From positions 9,874 through 73,873 of the forward strand of contig JBBAAQ010000001.1 of NCBI GenBank assembly GCA_041658255.1: a stretch of 64,000 nt of DNA, read 5' to 3'. The translations under genes were made by a program, and so were the position numbers. The stretch comes from Candidatus Woesearchaeota archaeon. Its GTDB lineage: Archaea > Nanobdellota > Nanobdellia > Woesearchaeales > UBA9642. The stretch's first letter is position 1. Every line of letters begins with the position of its first letter. The notes below the pieces were generated by a model. It had not been told where the DNA came from and made no database searches. It was given only the letters and a program-made list of their open reading frames with translations. Below, piece by piece: positions 35,838 through 46,286 of this stretch.

Positions 35838-36586
35838 TTAAAATCTTTGAGTATTTCTTCTCTTTTTGTTCGATCTAGTGCACTCAGATACAAATTGAAC
35901 AATCGTTCCTGCTCGTTCCAGATAGTATGATCGACATCTTCACGTTCGTATGTTCGTTTTTGATTTCCTTTGGCAATCTCGATTTTCTCAATAGTAAAAT
36001 CAGGTTCTATAGTGCAATTGTATGTAATGATTTTGTCAGCAGTATGAACACTGAGTCGATACTCTTTTTTTGCAGTATCAATTGCTGAAGTTACATTCAC
36101 GTGTTTTATCCATGTTCCAGGCCTAGATGTTTTGTCTTCTGTCCATCCCTCAGTATCGATAGTTGTGGTTTTATTTTTTGTCGAATCCATAAGTTCCGGA
36201 TCAATATAGGTGCGAACTTCAAGTGTTCCTTTATAGGTATAATTGCTTCCCCCATAGGTGTCTTTTAGTGAACTATATCGGGAATTAGAAAAAAATTCTC
36301 CGTTTCCATCCATAGTAGGTAATATTCCATATACTTGCTCATATTGTGCAGGGAGATCTGAATCCCTACCTATTAAATTTCCATAAAATGTTACCCGCGC
36401 ATCTCTTAAGCTATCAATCTGTTTTTCTTTTAACTCTGTTGCGTGTTTTGCTTCACGTTGAGTTTTTTCTTCGAGTGTTTCCTGATGGACGAGTGTCCCT
36501 TTATTTTCGATTTTTGGAGAGTCATTATTGCATCCATAGAATCCCATAAATGCTGCCAATGTTAGTATTGGAATGATCTTTTTCAT
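35834..36586 (-). CDS. Lipoprotein-like secreted protein, function unknown
   Basis: MKKIIPILTLAAFMGFYGC signal with a Cys. 4-nt overlap with the downstream gene. Confidence 0.55.
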   Translation of the reverse strand: MKKIIPILTLAAFMGFYGCNNDSPKIENKGTLVHQETLEEKTQREAKHATELKEKQIDSLRDARVTFYGNLIGRDSDLPAQYEQVYGILPTMDGNGEFFSNSRYSSLKDTYGGSNYTYKGTLEVRTYIDPELMDSTKNKTTTIDTEGWTEDKTSRPGTWIKHVNVTSAIDTAKKEYRLSVHTADKIITYNCTIEPDFTIEKIEIAKGNQKRTYEREDVDHTIWNEQERLFNLYLSALDRTKREEILKDFK

Positions 36587-36599
36587 GGTTACCCTCTTT

Positions 36600-37961
36600 T
36601 TATGCTTTCAAATATTTTTGCAGTGTTCCCCGACTCATATTCATGCCATATTCTTCACGAAGTGCTGCAATGATTTCTTTTTGTAATGGTTTGTGGTGTT
36701 TCCCTTCCTGTTGAGAATTTCTTGCCGAAACATAGTCTATAATGGATGTCTTTACGCTATTCGTATCGGCGAGTTTTGAATCCCATCGTTTAAGCGTAAC
36801 ATCATTTCCTTGTGTATGCGCATAGAGTATTGCTTGTTTTGCATCAGTTTTGGTCTGGATTGCAGCAAGACTTGCTTCAGCAGCAGCATACGCGAGTGCC
36901 TGACTGTGTGTTGATCCTGTTGCAAGCGCATTTGCATAATAGGATGCAACTTCCTGCATTCCTGTATCAAAATCGCTTTGATACGGTGATATCGTTTCAG
37001 TATCGATGAGTTTGTCCTCGATATTACGATGACTTAGATATTTGTTCAAAAGCGGGGTGTTGTTATATCCGAGTTTGATTATTTTTTTGTGAGGATCATA
37101 TTGTTTTATTTTTTCTTCAATTGATTTTGGACCACCATCTGTTTTCTTCTCAGGAGCTAGCGTTGTGTCTTCTTTGCTCTTGGTTGAGGGAGCAGTGGTT
37201 GTGCTAGTGTTTACTGTTTCCTGAACAGTCACATTTTCCTGAAGCGCGTCATACACGGATTTTATCTGGTCCTCGAATGCCTTATCGTTGATCTTGTTTT
37301 TTTGATATTGTGGTTTGGTGTGCTCTGATTCCCATTGATTATCTTCGTTGAAGATTTCGCGTGCATCATTTTTTATGCTTCCGTATTGCGCAATGTCTTT
37401 GATAAATCCAGAATAATCTTTTGATTCTGCTTTTAGGCTTGTCACTAATTCAAAAATACCTGTATATCCTTTTTGTTTTGCGGCTTTCAGATATTGATTA
37501 TATGTAATGTCCTTAAAATTCTTGACTACTGAGACAGTATCGCCTTTGCTCGTAATGAATGAATACGTAGTATCCGTAGTTATTGTTGGAGCAGGCGGTG
37601 TTATTGGAGCAGGCGGTGTTTTTGAACTATCTGGTGTCGGAATTATTGTTTTTGGTATATTGATCTTCGGCGAATCAGGTTTGCGGTAATTGTTGTTTGG
37701 TATAATTGGAATTATTTTGCTGCTATCATTTTTTGTAGTATCCGGTGTCTGCGGGATAATTCCTGGCAAGAATGGTTTTTGCTGTTGTGTCGTGTTCGGT
37801 GTCGTCTGTTCAGTGGATATTTTTGGAAGTGGCTCTGGTGAGGATTTATTGAAGAGTGTGTAATATCCGATTACGCTAATAGTTGTAAGTGCTGCTACTC
37901 CAACGATAATTTTAGATTTCCAACTGTCGAAAAATCTTTTGGGTTTATAGTTCCAGTCCAT
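36600..37961 (-). CDS. Membrane-anchored Pro/Thr-rich protein, possibly with a LysM-like segment, function unknown
   Basis: AGGTGGA SD before ATG 37961. N-terminal TM and a P/T-rich linker. YSFITSKGDTVSVVKNFKDITYNQYLKAAKQ is loosely LysM-like. Confidence 0.5.
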   Translation of the reverse strand: MDWNYKPKRFFDSWKSKIIVGVAALTTISVIGYYTLFNKSSPEPLPKISTEQTTPNTTQQQKPFLPGIIPQTPDTTKNDSSKIIPIIPNNNYRKPDSPKINIPKTIIPTPDSSKTPPAPITPPAPTITTDTTYSFITSKGDTVSVVKNFKDITYNQYLKAAKQKGYTGIFELVTSLKAESKDYSGFIKDIAQYGSIKNDAREIFNEDNQWESEHTKPQYQKNKINDKAFEDQIKSVYDALQENVTVQETVNTSTTTAPSTKSKEDTTLAPEKKTDGGPKSIEEKIKQYDPHKKIIKLGYNNTPLLNKYLSHRNIEDKLIDTETISPYQSDFDTGMQEVASYYANALATGSTHSQALAYAAAEASLAAIQTKTDAKQAILYAHTQGNDVTLKRWDSKLADTNSVKTSIIDYVSARNSQQEGKHHKPLQKEIIAALREEYGMNMSRGTLQKYLKA

Positions 37962-37970
37962 AGTTTCCAC

Positions 37971-38753
37971 CTATTTATATGTTTTTGGTATGCTATTGAA
38001 TTTTTTGTCAATAGCGTTGCGCGTGTCTGTAAGATTCATACCCAGTTCTTTTTCCGCTATAGTAATCTCTCTCATAGTGTCCTTATATGCCTCTTCTACT
38101 TGCAAATATGTGGCCCCATCTATGGATTCTTTTTGTCCAGCAGCAAGTGAGATAAGAAGCTGGTTTTGCCCGATCCGTTTATTGGTATACTTATTTATTT
38201 TTTCAGATAATATGGTATTATTGAATGGTTCGCCTATAGTATTAAATTTTGGATATGCGGTGAGATACGCTCGTGTCTTAGTTAAGAATTGTGTATCATT
38301 AATATCTAGTTTCGTGACTGCATTATTAACGCCTGTTTTATATGAAGTCATACTTGTTTCGAGGTTGTCCTGAAATAAGGCTTCTTCTCCACGCGTCAGT
38401 ATTCCTGTCTTCAGGCATGATTCGAGTGTCTTTTTTGTGTCTAAATACTCAGGTATGGCTTTTGCAATGTCCGGATATGCGGATTTATTCTCTGTTGATG
38501 CATTAGTGTCATATGTTTCAATATCCTTTAAAAGTCCTGTGTGTTGTATATTGAACGATTCGAGTTTATCGCTGAGTTCTTTTTTTGCAGAATGGCGTGA
38601 TAATTCTTCTCCGCCGATGCGAATCAATTCATTAATTTGTTTTGTTGCTTGTTCTGTATCTTTTGTTAATTCGTTACTGGTTGCACTCTGATATGCACTT
38701 GCCATGCTTGTGAATGCATAATGATAGTTTTCGATGATATCGTTTTTACTCAT
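37971..38753 (-). CDS. Helical cytoplasmic protein, function unknown
   Basis: GGGGGA SD before ATG 38753. An upstream ATG at 38828 is also possible. Its stop abuts the next gene. Confidence 0.5.
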   Translation of the reverse strand: MSKNDIIENYHYAFTSMASAYQSATSNELTKDTEQATKQINELIRIGGEELSRHSAKKELSDKLESFNIQHTGLLKDIETYDTNASTENKSAYPDIAKAIPEYLDTKKTLESCLKTGILTRGEEALFQDNLETSMTSYKTGVNNAVTKLDINDTQFLTKTRAYLTAYPKFNTIGEPFNNTILSEKINKYTNKRIGQNQLLISLAAGQKESIDGATYLQVEEAYKDTMREITIAEKELGMNLTDTRNAIDKKFNSIPKTYK

Positions 38754-38891
38754 TGTAATTTCCCCCACAACAATTTTATTGTTGTTATTACATAGTGATA
38801 TCTTATTTACTATATATAGTTTTTCCATAGATTATATATGGAACATATATCTTTCGTAAAGTTTAAATAGACGAGTGTCTAATCTATCTTC

Positions 38892-39797
38892 ATGCAACGC
38901 AAAATCATCCAGCAAAGCGCCACAAGCATGGGAATCAGTCTACCGAGTAAATGGTGCAAGAAATGGGGTGTGAAGAAAGGCGACGATATGTATATTGAAG
39001 AATCTGCAGATAAAATTATTATTATCCCTGCTACGAACTCAACGATTGAAGAAACTGCCGAAATCACTCTTGGTACCGGATCAATTGGCTATGTGAAGAG
39101 CGTTATTAATAATTTATACCGCCGAGGATACGACTCTGTAAAACTTATACATCCGCCTATTGCGCGACATAAAATAATCGAGGCGCTTCGCGAAACAACA
39201 GGATTTGAGCTCGTGGAACAAAAAGATACCTATGTCGTTATCCGCAACGTTGCAGGAATTTTCGAACAAGAATTTGATCATTTGGCACGTCGATTATTTC
39301 TCGTAACACTGGAGATTGCAGAAGAGGGATATCGTGATATCTGTAATAAAACTTTTTCACTTGAACAGTATACGCAATTGAAGCTTACTGTCGAAAAATT
39401 GATGAATATGTGCTGTCGAACACTGAACAAGGGAAAACTTCGTGAACAACCCACGAGTAAATTTATCTATCTGATTGTTCACACACTCGATAAAATTGCA
39501 TATAATTATCTCTACGCATATCGACTTATTGCTAAGCAGAAAACATTAAGCAAACCGTTACTCAAATTTTTAAAGAATGTTAACGAGTATCTTCGTGCAT
39601 TGTATACTGCATATTATCAGAAAGATCTTGCGCATGTTGTTTTCCTCACTGAAACTAAAGATACTCTCTTGTGGGATGAGGGACACGCATTACTGATGAA
39701 ATTGCGTGGCGAAGAGATAATAATCGTTCATCATCTGATGAGTGCTGTTCGTCGGATTTATGAGTGTACGAGTCCTTTTATCGGTGAGAATATCTGA
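38892..39797 (+). CDS. AbrB/SpoVT-domain plus PhoU-like regulator
   Basis: N-terminal ATSMGISLPSKWCKKWGVKKGDDMYIEE (SpoVT-AbrB). The C-terminal helical repeats are of archaeal PhoU-like type. Confidence 0.75.
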   Translation: MQRKIIQQSATSMGISLPSKWCKKWGVKKGDDMYIEESADKIIIIPATNSTIEETAEITLGTGSIGYVKSVINNLYRRGYDSVKLIHPPIARHKIIEALRETTGFELVEQKDTYVVIRNVAGIFEQEFDHLARRLFLVTLEIAEEGYRDICNKTFSLEQYTQLKLTVEKLMNMCCRTLNKGKLREQPTSKFIYLIVHTLDKIAYNYLYAYRLIAKQKTLSKPLLKFLKNVNEYLRALYTAYYQKDLAHVVFLTETKDTLLWDEGHALLMKLRGEEIIIVHHLMSAVRRIYECTSPFIGENI

Positions 39798-41300
39798 TTA
39801 CGATTGTTTTGACCAATGGATTGTTGCACGATAGATATCTTTATCAATCTTCTTTTTGGCAAGGTCACTGATTTTTTTCCCGAGATATTTTGCAATCATA
39901 TTCATCTCAGGACCGAATACTTCCGGTATGCATGACATCGCTTCAAGACTCTCCATAGCAACTCTTTTAAAATGCTTTGCCTCTTGTGTCGCGTCATAGT
40001 ATCGTTCGTGTGATTGCGCATCCTTTGCTTCATTGAGTGCATATCCTATCTGCCGGATTGCTGTTGGAACGCGCATCTCCATATATCCTGCGACAAAATC
40101 GCGATAGCTTGCTATTTTATCATCGGGATTAGTTTCATTCCAGGCTTGCGCACAATAAGGAAGTATTGTTCCTATCCTTTCCTGGAATCCAAATGGGTTG
40201 AGGAGTACGCCGTGTGTGCCACTAAAATAATTCTTATGGGCAATAGCTTTTTGGGGGAGATATGCATCAAAGAGATAGAATATATTGAGTTGAATTGGCG
40301 AGTATTCGATATGATTGAAATCAGTGACATGAATATCCTTCGCATACGGATCTGTTTTTGTGACTGGTTTATGGAGCACATCTTCAGGGTTACTTACGAG
40401 TACGTTATCGGTTGATGCGCTGGAAATCCATCTGCTAAATTTTTTCCGTGTGCTGTTAATGTGCTCTTGCAATGGTCTGAATACTTCAATGAATTTTTCA
40501 TCATAGAATTCCAATGACTCCATGATACGGTATGCGTCAATATTTTCAATGATGTTTTCTTTGGATGTATTGAATTTTTTCGTAAGATTCTCTGTTTTTT
40601 TGTTCTTCAAATACTCTTTTTCTGTATCTGTTAATATGTTTGAAATATCCTTATCAATACGTAAACCGGTTTCGTAGCTTGGAAAAAATAATTCTCCGAG
40701 TTTTTGAGTAGGGTCCCCGAATATGGATCCCATCGAACCGCTGAATACATTAATCAATCGTTGGGTCAAATGCTTTAGCGTATATCCACTAATTTTTTCC
40801 ATCTCGATTGTTGTATCATTACAGGATAATTGCTGAGGAACAGGATGCCCGCGACTTTTAAGCTCATTAAGCACGCGGTACTCGAGTTGTGCAAGTTCTT
40901 GTGTGTCGTTGTCTTTAAGGACGCTATTTTCCCTTTCAATTCGTCTTTCTTTTCCACGTACTTTAGCAGTTGTTCTTCCAGCGTATTTTACAGGTTCATT
41001 TATAATCGTCGAGAAATCGTCTAACATATCTCCGGTTTTTGGACATTCAATAACCCCGTTTTGATCATAAGGTATGTGAAGTGTGAGTATGCCGTTTAAT
41101 ACTGCAGCATTATGCATGCTTGCTATTCGTTCTAATTTTTTTGTATCGACATTTTGCATATTCGTTCTAAGACGCCACCATTTATAAACTTTACGCTTTT
41201 TAACTACTCTGAAGTAACAATCATTAATAAATTCTAATTCCGCAAAATTTACGGATTTTACAGTGTAAGTGTATTTTACAACTATGTTTGAACTAAGCAT
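39798..41300 (-). CDS. Protein-kinase-like-fold protein (tentative)
   Basis: 500 aa. EYRVLNELKSRGHPVPQQL...TTIEMEKISGYTL resembles the N-lobe/hinge of RIO/APH-type kinases. DIHVTDFNH may be a DFG-like element. Low certainty. Confidence 0.35.
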   Translation of the reverse strand: MLSSNIVVKYTYTVKSVNFAELEFINDCYFRVVKKRKVYKWWRLRTNMQNVDTKKLERIASMHNAAVLNGILTLHIPYDQNGVIECPKTGDMLDDFSTIINEPVKYAGRTTAKVRGKERRIERENSVLKDNDTQELAQLEYRVLNELKSRGHPVPQQLSCNDTTIEMEKISGYTLKHLTQRLINVFSGSMGSIFGDPTQKLGELFFPSYETGLRIDKDISNILTDTEKEYLKNKKTENLTKKFNTSKENIIENIDAYRIMESLEFYDEKFIEVFRPLQEHINSTRKKFSRWISSASTDNVLVSNPEDVLHKPVTKTDPYAKDIHVTDFNHIEYSPIQLNIFYLFDAYLPQKAIAHKNYFSGTHGVLLNPFGFQERIGTILPYCAQAWNETNPDDKIASYRDFVAGYMEMRVPTAIRQIGYALNEAKDAQSHERYYDATQEAKHFKRVAMESLEAMSCIPEVFGPEMNMIAKYLGKKISDLAKKKIDKDIYRATIHWSKQS

Positions 41301-41370
41301 TTAATTACCCTATGTTGTATGAATCTGTAAGAAAATTAAAAAAATAAGGAAAAAAATAAGGAGTAATAAT

Positions 41371-42528
41371 TTACTCCGCAGGTTCAGTCGTTGATTCCGA
41401 ACGTGTACTCAAAAATTTCCACCAAGAGCTCTTTTCAGCAACGATTTCTCCGGATGTCGGATCAACACTTGTTTCGCTGTTTGCAGTTGCTTTGATAAAT
41501 CCGAGAACCTTTCGCTCTTCTTCGCCAGTGATATCATAGGATGTTTTTTCCTTGCCTTGAATGAGTTTCATCTCGCGAATTTTGTAGCGTACTTTCGCCT
41601 TGGCCTCTTGAGGTGTTATTTTCAATTCCTGATCTCCTGCCTTAAGTATGTTTCCTTCATAGGTGAGTTCTGATTCTACTTCGATTTCCGTGCCATCACT
41701 TTGCCTGAGTTTTAACTTTTCCTTACCTACAACAATGTCGAATTTTCCAGTACTGAAGGTTTTGTTCTCTGCTTCAATCTCAGTGTCTCCTGCAGTAATC
41801 TTTTCCTTCCTGAATTCTATCCTGTCAACAACTGGTGAGAGTTCTGTAACGCTTATCGATGAGCGTGCAGTAACAATCTCTTCAATAGTCTTGTCTATCT
41901 CACTGCGTAATGTTTTGAGTTTTTCAAGTCGCACTGTGGGGTCCTCTTCACTTTTGATGGTGTCGAGTTCTTCCTTGTAATAAGCAACAATGTCTTTTGC
42001 ACTGCCTTCACTTAATTTTACTGCAGTAGAAACCAGTCGTCCAAGATTTTCTTTACATAATTCACGTTGCTTTTCTGATTCTTTTATGCGGAGTTCTAAT
42101 TGTTCGCGCGCTGTCTTATTTTCCGTCTGTTCACGGAGTTGTTTTTGTAATTCTACGCGCTTTACAATATCTTCACATTGCACTCTTTTTTCACGAACTG
42201 CAACAAGTTCGTCAGGGACACATTTTCCTTTGACATTTCCCTTCTCATCTTTTGTATATGCTGGATGATACCCTAGGATACAGTCAATGATGACGCGTTC
42301 CTTGATGTCATCATCCTCGATTTCTGTTTCTTCTTCAGTTTCATCTTCAAGTTCTATCTCGTCTTTATCTTCAATTTCTATTTTATTATCATCTAATCCC
42401 CTGGTTTTGTCGTCTTCTTGATCATCATCTGATTTGCTTGTTGTTCCCCGATCACTGCCGCTTTCTGCAAGCGTAAGAGCTGAACCGAGAAGCAGCATAA
42501 TTGCAAGTATTCCCCAGAATTGTTTCAT
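41371..42528 (-). CDS. Secreted acidic coiled-coil protein
   Basis: Signal peptide MKQFWGILAIMLLLGSALTLA. A D/E-rich tract (IEIEDKDEIELEDETEEETEIEDDD) followed by heptad-rich sequence. Confidence 0.55.
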   Translation of the reverse strand: MKQFWGILAIMLLLGSALTLAESGSDRGTTSKSDDDQEDDKTRGLDDNKIEIEDKDEIELEDETEEETEIEDDDIKERVIIDCILGYHPAYTKDEKGNVKGKCVPDELVAVREKRVQCEDIVKRVELQKQLREQTENKTAREQLELRIKESEKQRELCKENLGRLVSTAVKLSEGSAKDIVAYYKEELDTIKSEEDPTVRLEKLKTLRSEIDKTIEEIVTARSSISVTELSPVVDRIEFRKEKITAGDTEIEAENKTFSTGKFDIVVGKEKLKLRQSDGTEIEVESELTYEGNILKAGDQELKITPQEAKAKVRYKIREMKLIQGKEKTSYDITGEEERKVLGFIKATANSETSVDPTSGEIVAEKSSWWKFLSTRSESTTEPAE

Positions 42529-42675
42529 AAGTATCCTCCCTATAGTATCTTTTTTATACCAAATAATGAGCAGTATTTAAATATTTTTTTAAATTTGAAC
42601 AGAATTAAATCACTCCGTAAAATCTCCGCCTTTTACGCCGCAAGGTTTATGAAGAACTTATGCATATCTTAGTGT

Positions 42676-43344
42676 ATGAAATCTTATAGTATCATACTTG
42701 TTCTTGTATTGATATTTGCAAGCACGAATATACTTGCATGGACTTCGGATACGCATGAATGGATATGTAATCATGCAGGACTTCCAGATCTCGATTGCAA
42801 AAATGCTGATTATCCTGCGGTGCAGAAGAATTATTCTGGATTAGGATTTGTGAATCATCACTGTGCAAATAATGCGATTGATTGCGCAGCGAGGAGAACT
42901 GCAGTAAAATTTAAGGCAATGAACACCACAATCACTGATGGATTCGCAGCGCATCTCTATGCGGATTCCTTAGTTCCCGTCCATTGGTATTCACTTGATT
43001 ATTATTCCTGTCATAAGATTTTTGAGGATCGTGTCGAATACGAACTTCAACATGCAGGAACTACGGTCTATGCAATATTCGGCGATATTATCGACACCAC
43101 AAAATGGTCTTTTACCATGGAATGCACAGATAAAAAAGATGTTTCACACAAACTTGCGGCAAGTAACGAGTATATGAATGGTGTTGTAGAACGTGTTGCG
43201 GAGAAGATGGGTTCGACACCGACAACCCCGTCAATTAATACTGTCAATTTGACAGCGCCTGTTATTATTATTGTTCTTGTCGTGATTGTACTAGTAATAC
43301 TTATCCTATTTGGAAGAAAAACCGCAAAGAGGAAATTATCCTAA
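42676..43344 (+). CDS. Exported protein resembling the zinc-dependent phospholipase C / S1-P1 nuclease fold, C-terminal TM anchor
   Basis: The mature N-terminus begins at W (NILAWTSDTHEW), as in PLC/P1 enzymes where Trp1 ligates Zn. AAHLYADSLVPVHW is an H/D-rich motif. Tentative. Confidence 0.4.
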   Translation: MKSYSIILVLVLIFASTNILAWTSDTHEWICNHAGLPDLDCKNADYPAVQKNYSGLGFVNHHCANNAIDCAARRTAVKFKAMNTTITDGFAAHLYADSLVPVHWYSLDYYSCHKIFEDRVEYELQHAGTTVYAIFGDIIDTTKWSFTMECTDKKDVSHKLAASNEYMNGVVERVAEKMGSTPTTPSINTVNLTAPVIIIVLVVIVLVILILFGRKTAKRKLS

Positions 43345-43445
43345 TATATGCGATTAATTGACCGGAACAGTGCGAGATCCATCTATATCGATTTTGAAGT
43401 AGTTACAATAGTAAAATTTAAATAGTTCACTAATTTCTTTTCATA

Positions 43446-44003
43446 ATGAGCATTGATTCGAACATGATGCAGACAGGTGTTAAGATAACTCTAGAGGAAT
43501 TAGAGAAAGTATTGAAATATCTCCCTGAACCAAAATGCGTAGACGTTATATTATATGGAAATTTTGATTATTCGAGCATCTCTTCTCAAGCACAAGAAGT
43601 GGTTCAAGGTGTAAAATTACAAAATGCTTATGGTCTTGTTTTTAGATTAGAAAATGCTTCAAAAGAGAAAATACTCGATATTTATAGAAAATCAAATGAA
43701 GTAAGAAATACTAAACGCCCAGAAGCATTTGTGCTTCCAAAAGGAATGGGTTTACCGACGTTTCTCAAAAATGAGGGAGTAGATTTAGCAGTTCCAAAAA
43801 TAATTGATTTGTGGAAAGTTAACTGGTATCTAGATGATCATGTCCAAATTGAGTGGACGCCATTAGGAGTGGATGTAAAATATAATGATCAGAAACCAAG
43901 TTACATTTCTCAACTGGAACAGGAATTAGTGGGAACAAAAGTCAAACTTAAAATTGAAGCATATCGATCACAATTTCTTGACGATATAAAACTTCATCAG
44001 TAA
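43446..44003 (+). CDS. Hypothetical cytoplasmic protein
   Basis: 185 aa with ATG start. No motif recognised. Confidence 0.5.
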   Translation: MSIDSNMMQTGVKITLEELEKVLKYLPEPKCVDVILYGNFDYSSISSQAQEVVQGVKLQNAYGLVFRLENASKEKILDIYRKSNEVRNTKRPEAFVLPKGMGLPTFLKNEGVDLAVPKIIDLWKVNWYLDDHVQIEWTPLGVDVKYNDQKPSYISQLEQELVGTKVKLKIEAYRSQFLDDIKLHQ

Positions 44004-44026
44004 AATAACGAACTCACGATATTCTA

Positions 44027-45037
44027 TTATTTCTTCATCTTTCCAAACGTCGCCGCCACCAACAACGGAAATACTAATGTCGCTTCTGCGCGTACTTTCA
44101 CATTCGGCGCATTGACCTTTAACTTTGCCCAGGTCATTGCTTCCTGCGGGTTGCCGCCAGAATCTGAGGCATCATATTCCTGTGCTGTCGTTATATAGAC
44201 TGCATAATCGAGTCCGTCGCGGTAGATGTTTGCATTGAGAATATAATGTTTTGAGACTCCGCCGCCAAGGATGATTGCACCAGTCTTCTCGCAGGATAAT
44301 ACTAAATCAATAATCTTTTTATGATCTCCGACAATGTCAATGGCAATATCTGATTTCTTGACGCGTTCTGCATAGAGAAAATTACCGATAGTTCCATCGG
44401 TTAACGCCGGACAAAAAATAGGTATATTATTTTTATACGCCCAATAGACGATAGATTCTTCTTTTGATTCGAGTGATTCCATCTCTTTGCCCAGTTCAAA
44501 GATGAGTTCTGATGGTGTAAATGGTCTTCCATGTGCGTGCTGCCTTTCGTGTAGCGTATCAAAGAACGGGTCTGTGAATTGTTCAAAATAGAGGTAGCGG
44601 TCGAATGGTGCAAAAATATTACCAATGCGCCCAACCCCTTTATCAAGCAATGTTCGTCCAGGAATATCGAATGTTCCGATCACAAATGGCTTTAAACATT
44701 TAATAATATCTTCTTCTACGCCTCCTGCAGAGATTGCAAGTGCATGAATCATGTTATGCTTGACAAGAAATTTAATGATTTCACGATTTCCTGAACTGAT
44801 CATGTTTGATGTCGCAGACAGGAAAATCGTTGCTTTATCATTAATCATCTGGTTGGTAATGTCGATTGCGAGCGCTAAATTTGTTCCCTGAATACCCATG
44901 GATTTGAATGAATCCATAAATTTGTCAAAATCAAATGGCTGTTCAAAATCATAACCTTTAATCTCCGGGAATCCCTCGAGTGTCTCATACCGGCGCATAT
45001 CGTTTGCCTGTTTTTTATCATCTGAATTAGTATCCAT
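44027..45037 (-). CDS. dys: Deoxyhypusine synthase
   Basis: ...FLSATSNMISSGNREIIKFLVKHNMIHALAISAGGVEEDIIKC...GNPQEAMTWAKL. Start moved to ATG 45037 (MDTNSDD). Confidence 0.93.
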   Translation of the reverse strand: MDTNSDDKKQANDMRRYETLEGFPEIKGYDFEQPFDFDKFMDSFKSMGIQGTNLALAIDITNQMINDKATIFLSATSNMISSGNREIIKFLVKHNMIHALAISAGGVEEDIIKCLKPFVIGTFDIPGRTLLDKGVGRIGNIFAPFDRYLYFEQFTDPFFDTLHERQHAHGRPFTPSELIFELGKEMESLESKEESIVYWAYKNNIPIFCPALTDGTIGNFLYAERVKKSDIAIDIVGDHKKIIDLVLSCEKTGAIILGGGVSKHYILNANIYRDGLDYAVYITTAQEYDASDSGGNPQEAMTWAKLKVNAPNVKVRAEATLVFPLLVAATFGKMKK

Positions 45038-45176
45038 AATATCACCTGGTGTTATTTTATATTTGAGGAAAAAATTAGCTATAAGTCTAGAATAATCTAA
45101 TAGAACCTGAAATGACAATAGGAACCAGATATCTTAACCATAAGAGAAGGGAATAGGATAGGTTTTTTAAAGGTGA

Positions 45177-46214
45177 TTATTTTAATGCATCACGGATGAT
45201 TGCATTATAAAGGAGATTTGCTTTTGGATATTCTTTCTCTAAAGTCTGTAGTACGTTATCTACAAATACTCCTTCTGCAGCATAGGTGTAAAGTTCTTGC
45301 CAATTTGCAATTGCACTCACATAGTTGAATGCGCCATTCGGTATGTCTGTTTTTGCTCTTCCGAATGTTGAGTCATTCTCCATCCTATTCGTTATATTTT
45401 TAGCCACATCCTTGAGATACTGTTTTGCCTCTGGGCTGAGCGAATCTAGTGATCGATGCATCTTCTCATGGAATAATACTTTTTTTAGTGTAGCACTATC
45501 AGATAAAATGTCTTGATTGGTGACGATATTTCCCGGAGAAATAAGTATGATAGTCATACGATTGATAGTATTTTCGTCATAGTGTAATTGTTGCAACTGT
45601 TTTTTGAATTTGGCTTCTTTACTTCCGAGCCAATTCTTACCCACATAAAACCCTTTAGGTCCGCCGCTGTGGAATGAGAGAGTGTCTGTTATGTTTGCAA
45701 ATAAGGACAATACTTTGTTTGGGATTGCATATTGGTTTGGTGAGAGTGTGATGATAATATTTTGCTGATTTTTTGTGGAATCTGCTGTTGTGAGCGTATC
45801 AGTTACTGTTTGTGTATCCTGCACTATCTTCTCCTCTTTGGTTGTTGCACCTAATTGTTGTACAAGTGCTAACTGTTTTTTTGCAAGCGCAGGATTTTCT
45901 TTAGACAGTTCTTCGGCACGTTGAAGTGTTGCATATGCAAATGCTTGTGTTAATGCTGCAAGTTGTTCCTGTTTTTTTGAATCTGATTCCTTGCTTTCGA
46001 GTGTGATCATCTGCCCTGCAATGTTTTTTTGTTCTTCAGAAAATGTTTTTGCTTGCGCACTTGTCAATGCCGTATTCATAAATTGCGTAAGTGCAACAGT
46101 GGTGATAATCGCGCCTTTTAATTTTCTTCGTACGCGATCATAAAGGCTTGGCTTAAATGCTCCGCCGCGTATGTTTTTTTCTATATTCTCAATTGACTTA
46201 TCTTTTGAGTTCAC
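45177..46214 (-). CDS. Exported protein with an HExxH motif (possible metallopeptidase)
   Basis: GTG start in the track. Signal-like AIITTVALTQFMNTALTSAQA. VLFHEKMHRS supplies HExxH. Tentative. Confidence 0.4.
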   Translation of the reverse strand: MNSKDKSIENIEKNIRGGAFKPSLYDRVRRKLKGAIITTVALTQFMNTALTSAQAKTFSEEQKNIAGQMITLESKESDSKKQEQLAALTQAFAYATLQRAEELSKENPALAKKQLALVQQLGATTKEEKIVQDTQTVTDTLTTADSTKNQQNIIITLSPNQYAIPNKVLSLFANITDTLSFHSGGPKGFYVGKNWLGSKEAKFKKQLQQLHYDENTINRMTIILISPGNIVTNQDILSDSATLKKVLFHEKMHRSLDSLSPEAKQYLKDVAKNITNRMENDSTFGRAKTDIPNGAFNYVSAIANWQELYTYAAEGVFVDNVLQTLEKEYPKANLLYNAIIRDALK

Positions 46215-46286
46215 AAGTCTTTTCTGACATAATCTTTATAAATATGTTACGGTTTACTACAGTAATATCTATGCGAGGTAATCCCT

